Origin: Salisapilia sapeloensis CBS 127946
Taxonomy: Eukaryota > Protista > Oomycota
Reading direction: 5' to 3'
Length of the DNA: 64,000 nt
Assembly: GCA_023334545.1 (NCBI GenBank)
Contig: JAADVB010000079.1
Location: forward strand, 1-64,000
Shown: positions 12,501 to 20,098 of the stretch, piece by piece
Numbering within the stretch: position 1 is the first letter of the stretch
Layout: every line of letters begins with the position of its first letter
Program-made: the position numbers and the translations under genes
Notes under the pieces: model-generated
Databases searched by the model: none
What the model was told of the DNA's origin: nothing
The model's input: the letters and a program-made list of their open reading frames with translations, nothing else

Positions 12501-15337
12501 CGACGGCGTTGATCAAAGGGAGAGCGACCGAGCGGGAGCTGAATTTGGCACGCGATGTCTACAGACCAGTTGCGAACGAAGCAAGTATGACATACTTCCT
12601 CATGAATCAACTGTGCAAAATCAGCCACATGTACCGGTACTCGCTGGAAACATTTATGACGTACTTTTGCGTCGCGATGGACAGTGTTAAACAATCCACG
12701 GACGAGGATCAAGCACCATCCGATGCGACAACAAGTGAAACTAATGGCTTGTCGGAGCGAGAGTATGAGGTCGCTGTGGCCCGTGTCCCTCTTTTGATTC
12801 AAGCCCTACGCTGGACCATGTACGAAATGGTGTCAAGAGGTCTCATGGAAGAGCACAAGCTCATCTATCTTTTCCAGCTCGTGCTTGTGCTATTACGACG
12901 CAAAGTTATCGGGGAGACTAGTGGGTTTACGGAAAACCATGCTCGGTTCCTTCTTCAAAGCCCAAAATCGGTCGGCTCCGAGAACACGATTCAGTGGCTG
13001 AGTGAAGCGCAGTGGCAAAGTCTCCAAGCTTTGTCGTCTCTAGACGGCTTCGAACGCTTCGTCAACGACCTCGAAGAGTCTGAAGCTCGCTTCCGAGAGT
13101 GGTACAACTCGCCTCATCCAGAGACCGAAAAGCTTCCGTTGGACTGGAGAGAGCTTGACAAGACATCACCGTTTTGGAAACTGTTGGTCGTCAAAGCCAT
13201 GCGTCCAGACCGAATGACACAAGCGATTTCGAATTTCATCGGAGCCGTGCTTCCGGACGGGTCAGAGTACTTGAACTGTGATGATGAGCTAAGCCACTTT
13301 GCCGTGCTGCAAAGTTCCTTCAAGGAAAGTAAGCCATGGATACCCATGTTCTTTGTCATGTCCTCCGGCTCCAACGTCGTCGGAAATGTGGACCATCTAG
13401 CTCTGTCCGATAACGGACGCATTCGCTCTGTCGATTATCATAGTCTTTCGCTTGGTCAAGGCCAAGAGCTCATGGCGATGGATCTATTGCAGAGAGGGAT
13501 CGAAGCCGGACACTGGGTGCTGCTAAATAACATTCATTTAATGCCGAGTTGGCTCAAAGAGCTGGACAAGTGGTTGGAGCAAGTCGCAAAGATCGGTTCA
13601 AGCCCTGTTTCGGGACTAGACGCTTTGCCTAGCAGAAGAGCAAGTAGTGCAAGAAGAAGTCGAGCAGTGTCGGTATCCGTGGCGACCATCCCGTCGATCC
13701 ATCCTGACTTTCGGTTGTTCGTAACGAGTGATCCGTCTCCTCTGATTCCGATCGGACTACTAGAAAGGTCGATTACGCTTATTAGTGAGCCTCCAACTGG
13801 TCTGAAAGCGAATGTAAAACGCAGCTTTTGCTCTTTTGCGTCCGAAGAATTTGACGAGTTGGAGGCGCGTACTCGAGTGATTTTGTTCGCACTCTGCTAC
13901 TTCCACGGCCTCATGTTGGAACGAGGCAAGTTTGGTGCGATCGGATTCAATCGAAAGTATCCGTTTGCGCAAAGCGATCTATCGGCAAGTGCTACGCTCA
14001 TTACGACCTACATGGATAGCGTGCCAGCTCATATTCCGTGGCAAGACTTGCGGTATTTAGTCGGAGAAATCGTGTACGGTGGACACATCGTCAACGAACG
14101 CGATCGAGTCGTCGCCATGACGTACTTGACATACTATTTACGTGATGAACTCTTCGAGGAGCTCAATATGATCCCATATGCTGATGATTCGAGCCACCGA
14201 AGAGGAAATGCAGACGAATCGCTGCATAAAGTTGAGTTTATCGCTCCAAAGCTATCTTTTACTTTTGAAAAGATGCTGGATCATATCGATCGGTCTCTCT
14301 CGAATGAAACACCCGAGTCGTTCGGGATGCATCCAAACGCCGAAATCGTTTTCCGAACTGCGCAAGGTGAAAAGTTGGTTCAGACAGTATCCCTGCTGTC
14401 GAGTGCAAGCAGTCGATCAGCATCAACGAGGTCTGGAAGTGAAGATGCAGTAAAGATGGTTGCCGAAGGGATGGTGCAGGATATTCTCGATAGCTATCGT
14501 GAAGTACGGTTCGACGTCCCTGATACAATCAGCTTTTCCACGAAAGAGGATAGTCGTGAAAGTGGATCGAATGACGTTGACGAAGTCGATCCATTCCATA
14601 CTGTCGTAACGCAAGAATGCAGATGCATGAACTTACTGCTGCGGACGATGACACGGAGCTTGTTAGAGCTCGAGCAAGGGTTAAAAGGAGAGATTACTAT
14701 CACCGATTCGATGGATGATATGCAAAACTGCTTGTACCTAGACGTCGTACCTCGTCAATGGGAGAAAGTGGGGTTCCCGACGCAAAAGTCACTGGGTCAG
14801 TGGCTCATCAACCTACAGCAGCGTATCGTTCAGCTTCAAGAATGGTATGGAATGGCTCCGGACTTGCCATACTCGATATGGCTGCCGGGACTCTTCCATC
14901 CGCAGTCGCTGCTCACGGCAGTGCTGCAAACCTCCGCGAGGCGAAATGAGGTCGAGCTGGACAAGCTAGAAATTGCCCCGGAGATTACCAAGCGTGCACT
15001 CGAGGCTGTTGATTCTCCGTCGAGGGATGGACTGTTCGTCCATGGGTTATGGCTAGAAGGTGCTCGGTGGGACGTTGGTGGTGGTGTACTGGAACGTGGT
15101 CAACCGAAGGAGATGGCAGTCCCAATGCCAGTGATAAATATTCGAGCAGTGCCAGCAGCAACGGCGGAGGATGGATCTAGCAGTAAGAAGCCGCGAGTGG
15201 CAAACTCGTATGAGTGTCCTGTTTTTCAGACACAGGAGCGAGGTGAAACATACCTGTTCTCTGTACCTCTACGGACAAAGGCTCCACCTGCTAAATGGAT
15301 ACTGGCCGGTGTAGCACTCGTGTTGGAGATAGCTTAA
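503..15337 (+). CDS. ODA4: Axonemal dynein heavy chain, outer-arm beta type (ODA4/DNAH9-11-17 clade), 4944 aa, no introns
   Basis: AAA1 [51 protein letters not shown] and [13 protein letters not shown]. P-loops [16 protein letters not shown] and GVGGSGKQS. Coiled-coil stalk with MTBD, [11 protein letters not shown], and C-terminal [15 protein letters not shown] and [10 protein letters not shown]. The N-terminus is a DHC_N1-type tail without kelch repeats, so beta rather than alpha. Confidence 0.95.
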   Translation: [4944 protein letters not shown]

Positions 15338-15405
15338 GAAAGGAGAATCAAGGGAGAATACAGCTTACGTTCATGCCTTTCTATATTTCCTATGACACGA
15401 TCTTC

Positions 15406-16375
15406 TCACAGCCAGTCATCATCTTCGAGACCAGCACCGGTATGTATCGTTGGTCCACCTTGTTTCAAGAAGGGCTGCAAGATAGTGGATGGGACAAAGG
15501 CAACATGGTTCTCGAGCGCCTTTTGCATTCGTACAGTTGGATCGTCCACGTCAGTTGAAGAGACAGGAGGTACAATCCCTTCGATAAGTCCAGCGCACTC
15601 GCCGGAGAGATTAACTGCTGCACCACCACACATACCTTCTTCTAGAACTTCGCGACTGGATGAAAAAGCTTGGTTCTGATCGCTCATACCGACATAGTTA
15701 CCCGGAACGTCCTTTGGAGCTTGTCCTACGCCATCCTCTGTTTCGTCTTCTGCTTCTTCAAACTGACGATGACCCGAGAATATGAGCGTATCGCCAGGTT
15801 GCTGTGCATTCGTTCCTAGTACGAGGGGCTTGAGATGAAACTCATTTGCGTACTCGTTCCATGTTTTGCTGTTTCCGATAAAATCTTCACTAGGATCATC
15901 TCCTAGTGACAGCATAGCAACATCACGCTCCGGGTGAAGAGTGACATGCTTTTGCAGTGGTAGCTCCATTAACACTTTAATGCGTTCATGTGGCCCGTTG
16001 TAAGATGATGGTAGTTCTAGGAGCTGGAGCGAATGGCACACAAACTCTTCACTCACGTGCTGTAGCCAGTCCCACTTGTCTGCAAAGTAAGTTGGAAACC
16101 GCCAAGGACAGGCTACATGTTGACAAGTGAGCACTCGTAAGTTGTCGAAATCGACTGTATCATCGTTATTGGCATTGCTATCAGTGGCTGCGTTGACAAT
16201 AAAGGCAGACCCACTACGACCACGAGACACAAAAGCATTAATTTAGAGCCATTACCTTACATGTTATACAGCATGCTTACCGACTTAGATATTCCAAACT
16301 TTCCATGCCTTCATGGGGCAATCGAAAGCGTGTTGTGAAGGATAAAACAGCGTGTCTACCACGAGCTGCAGCCAT
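15406..16375 (-). CDS. Trypsin/chymotrypsin-fold peptidase-like protein with a His-Asp-Cys triad; 2 exons (16281-16375, 15406-16213), 300 aa
   Basis: A 67-nt GTAAGC...GTCGTAG intron joins MAAARGRHAV...LEYLSR to GSAFIV in frame. Motifs are VLTCQHV (His), ERDVAML (Asp) and EEGMCGGAAVNLSGECAGLIEG (GxCGG where trypsin-like proteases have GxSGG). Confidence 0.8.
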
Positions 16376-17047
16376 TTGGTCGTATTGATCAATTCGTGTT
16401 TCGAGATGTGGACCACGTGCTTTCGATCTAGATTATAGCTCCCACTTGACCTACAAACAAATTACAAATACATAGGGGAACAAAGTTATGATTTTTGCGT
16501 TTGGTATTAAACAGGTGATCTCGTTAACTCTAAGCATGTTTGGGCTCCAATTGCCAATCTGTTCAAAGTTACAAATGGGCAGCTCCATTTGCTTACTTTT
16601 GTATGTTAAGATGGAGTGGAAGTTGCCGTCTGAAGTGTCGCTTCTCTGCTTAAAATAATTCCAAGCCACCTAACACGCTAAGCTTTCTTTCACCAGTCAC
16701 ATCGGCAGGAGAACCCAATAGGATTTCACGGGATTTAAATCTAAATAAATTCTTTGTCTAAAAAGTATTAAAGCCACCTCAAAAGGTTTCTTGAATTTGT
16801 GTTGAGCATGATCAAAAATCGTGCGTAGAAGTAAGCATAAGCAAAGCTTCCATCTAAGCAGGTTTTTAGTTCCTTTGATGCCTAATGCGAATTCATTCAC
16901 ATTATAATGATCTAATATTAACTTAGACTTTGTAACGATAGAAAGCCGTTGTATTTGCTCGTGGAGTCACACCGATGCCTTCGATTTCGTTCATAAGACA
17001 AATTTCTTCATCCAGCAAACGGCACATATACCAACAATAGCAAAGTC

Positions 17048-20000
17048 ATGGAAGACGAGCGGGGACAAAGCTTTTCGCCACTAGACACCCTTTCAAACGG
17101 TGAAAATTCATCAATGGATTCTGAATGGCAAGCTAGTAGAATATCTTCGATAAAATATGAGTCAGACGCTCATGGTTCAGTTAAAAGGGTTTCCTCTCCT
17201 CGTGACGACATCGATTCTAAAGAGTTGACGAAGCGTGGGCTAGATGACAACCATAAAGTAGTTGCTGGTCACTCTCTAGCTCCTGCAGAAGAGAATATTA
17301 CGCAATTAAGTGCAGATTCTCTAGATGGAGACACAGCGCAGAAGGGGTCGTCATATAAGCTTTTCCGAAGTCATACTTGTAAGGAAACGTCTCCCACTCG
17401 TATGAATAGGACATTGAGGAGAGGTAGTTCCAGCTTTGATTCTGCTAAACTGAAAGCGATGCTGGAAAAATCTCCACCGAAACAAAAGCAAATGCAAGCC
17501 CTGATGCATAGCAAAGTGACCACAAAGTTCCAGGTTCGCCGGTTGCGTAAAACATCATCAATTTCAGAGTTGAGAAAGAGCGAAGAACACAAAGCACACT
17601 CTGTTCGAGAAAGACGATCAAGCAATGCTGAAAGGTTTCGTGTTCTACCTGTTGATAATACACAGCAAATGGAAGCTCAAAGGGACAATGAATTAGGTCT
17701 TGGCAAGGGCTCTGCAGCTCATGGCGACCATCCGCTTCCCACGAAGAGATATTCATCTAGTAGGGCATTTTCAAGCGAAGTTTTGTCTGAAAAGGGAGAT
17801 TTGAATACTCCGACTGTTGTTGAACACAGTCCAAGTGCTGAAACGTCCCGAAGTATGGCATATTTGCGGCGAAATGTGGAACGTGGTTATGCCCAAGCTG
17901 GGCTGCATCTTACAGTCAAAGAGGCAGTCCTAAAGCAATTTCGAGCTTTAATATCGAAGTTACCGACGCCTTTGTCCCCCTTCTCAGTGCTGTCGTATAT
18001 TCGCTATCTTATCATGCCCTTCTGCTACGTCCTAAGTGTGATATGCTCTCCACTTCAACTGCCATTTTACAACGACAATGTATGGTGGCTTGATCAAATA
18101 GAGAAAACAATTGAAGTGCTACTATTGCTCGACCTCGGAATGCTTTTAAACACAGCATTTTTAAACTGCAAGGGTGAGCTCGTGTATTCTCGGCGCCTGA
18201 TCGTCAAGCGATTCAAAGTACGCTTAGTTTTGCTGGCAGTCTCTTCCATTCCGATAAGGTGGATCATGTACATTTTTGCTATCAGTCAAGGAGGGTTTTT
18301 GACCTATTACGACCGTTTCTTACAAGGTTTTCTTCGGTTCACTCGTGCCTATTGGTTTTTTCAAACCACTGCGCAAGTCCTTGTGACTCATGCAAAACGT
18401 CTCGACAGTCTAGTTTTTGAATGGCTTCAATATTCTCAAACTGCACATTTGATTCGCTTCGTCGCAATCATTGCGATGATATTTTTGATGGATCACTACG
18501 CAGCTTGCACTTGGTGGTATTTGTCCATCACACCTAGATCATTAGAAAATCTTACTTTTGACAATTATATGGACCACTTCTATGACGTAGTATGCCTTTT
18601 GAACGGAGAAAGGCTAAATCTGACTACTACCACCCAGAAAATTTTTGCTTCCGTGGCTGGGGTGGTCGGTGTCTTTGTTATGGGCGTTGTACTTGGATAC
18701 GTAACTATGCTGCTCGACAGCTTTTTTTCGAATCGAATGCGCTTTCAGCGCAACATGGAACTAACCGTAACAATGATGAAGAAGATGAAGCTGCCTTCCT
18801 CACTCCGCGACCGCGTTTCTCAGCTATACAGACATCTTTGGAACGAATACCAGTCTACCAACAAAAACGTCAATGGATTTACTAAATGCCTAAACGATAA
18901 CCTCGCCTTTGAAGTCATCTTGTACAAGTACATGGACATCGTCATGCACGTTCCAATCTGGGCAGATTGCAGTTCTGACTTTTTAAAGCAGATCATGAGC
19001 AACCTTGAAGTGCAAGTATACCTTCCAGATGACTATATTATGCGCAAGGACGAAGTTGGTACCTGTTTCTACATGATTCAGCGGGGTCAGTGTGAAATGA
19101 AATATGATTTAGCTAGTGTGGACCATGCTTTAACACCCAAGCCGACGGACGATGAGAATTGTCAGATCGCTGGAAACGAAGAACCAGCCTTTGAGATTCA
19201 CTCCGAGTATAACTCAACTGAGTCTTCACAGGAATTTAATGAGGCTGATGGTGAACGAAACATAGCATCCGGGACACCGGCTCAAGATCGTACTTCATCA
19301 ACGCGCGTTCTGCAGCATGGACATTCATTCGGGGAGCTTGCTCTCTTATCCAACTACAACCGAACTTCGGCTGTTCGCGCATTGACGCACGTAGAAATAT
19401 GCACTCTTACACAAGAAAAGTTCCAGGCAATCCTTGAACGCTACCCCATCGATCGTCGCCGAGTGCTATTCCAACTTCTTCGGACGCACATGGTAACAAA
19501 TCTGGAAGTTAATGGACGATGTCCATTATTACAACAAATGGACAAAGTGAAAGGAAGTTTGGATAAAGGCATGTCGGCTGATGAAGCTGCCTTGCGTATA
19601 GCTACCTTTATAACAGACAACACTTCCAATACTACACTCCGATATTGTATCGACAACAAGTTGAATTGGCAGTCTAATCCAGTTGATAAAGCAAACATTA
19701 CTAGAGGCGAGAGTTGTAAGAATCTAGAGCGTCAAAATCAATACGAAAAGCGGACACCGTCGACTCATCACATGAAGGCGGGTTATGTCTGTGGTGACTC
19801 AAGTGACCGTAAAGATGGGGATAATAGCGTGGTGATACTAAAATCCTTGTACGACCTGATAATCCAACAAACGAACGAGCTAAACGCACTAAGGACAGAG
19901 ATGAAGGATTTAAAAACGGAATTCATTTCTTTCAAAGATACCGGCCGCCTTGAAGACGACGCAAGTCAGGGAAACGAAACAAGAAGTATTCGACCTGATG

Positions 20001-20098
20001 TGCCCTTGCTCAGCTTAAATACTTGTGGACATTCCTCTACAAATGGTGGAAGTAGCCTATCTCCGGGAATTGAGTCAAGAAGAGATGATTCCCGTTGA
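17048..20098 (+). CDS. Cyclic nucleotide-binding-domain ion channel (CNG/HCN/KCNH-like superfamily), 1016 aa to the first stop; frame stays open to 20443
   Basis: Long Ser/Arg-rich N-terminus and about 6 hydrophobic segments. C-linker (LPSSLRDRVSQLYRHLW). CNBD motifs VYLPDDYIMRKDEVGTCFYMIQRG and FGELALLSNYNRTSAVRALTHVEICTL, followed by a coiled coil. Confidence 0.9.
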   Translation: MEDERGQSFSPLDTLSNGENSSMDSEWQASRISSIKYESDAHGSVKRVSSPRDDIDSKELTKRGLDDNHKVVAGHSLAPAEENITQLSADSLDGDTAQKGSSYKLFRSHTCKETSPTRMNRTLRRGSSSFDSAKLKAMLEKSPPKQKQMQALMHSKVTTKFQVRRLRKTSSISELRKSEEHKAHSVRERRSSNAERFRVLPVDNTQQMEAQRDNELGLGKGSAAHGDHPLPTKRYSSSRAFSSEVLSEKGDLNTPTVVEHSPSAETSRSMAYLRRNVERGYAQAGLHLTVKEAVLKQFRALISKLPTPLSPFSVLSYIRYLIMPFCYVLSVICSPLQLPFYNDNVWWLDQIEKTIEVLLLLDLGMLLNTAFLNCKGELVYSRRLIVKRFKVRLVLLAVSSIPIRWIMYIFAISQGGFLTYYDRFLQGFLRFTRAYWFFQTTAQVLVTHAKRLDSLVFEWLQYSQTAHLIRFVAIIAMIFLMDHYAACTWWYLSITPRSLENLTFDNYMDHFYDVVCLLNGERLNLTTTTQKIFASVAGVVGVFVMGVVLGYVTMLLDSFFSNRMRFQRNMELTVTMMKKMKLPSSLRDRVSQLYRHLWNEYQSTNKNVNGFTKCLNDNLAFEVILYKYMDIVMHVPIWADCSSDFLKQIMSNLEVQVYLPDDYIMRKDEVGTCFYMIQRGQCEMKYDLASVDHALTPKPTDDENCQIAGNEEPAFEIHSEYNSTESSQEFNEADGERNIASGTPAQDRTSSTRVLQHGHSFGELALLSNYNRTSAVRALTHVEICTLTQEKFQAILERYPIDRRRVLFQLLRTHMVTNLEVNGRCPLLQQMDKVKGSLDKGMSADEAALRIATFITDNTSNTTLRYCIDNKLNWQSNPVDKANITRGESCKNLERQNQYEKRTPSTHHMKAGYVCGDSSDRKDGDNSVVILKSLYDLIIQQTNELNALRTEMKDLKTEFISFKDTGRLEDDASQGNETRSIRPDVPLLSLNTCGHSSTNGGSSLSPGIESRRDDSR

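Noticed and set aside
15406-16375. Endogenous viral origin for the 3C-like Cys protease gene
   Set aside because: It has a spliceosomal intron and host-like composition, and no neighbouring viral genes (RdRp, helicase, capsid).
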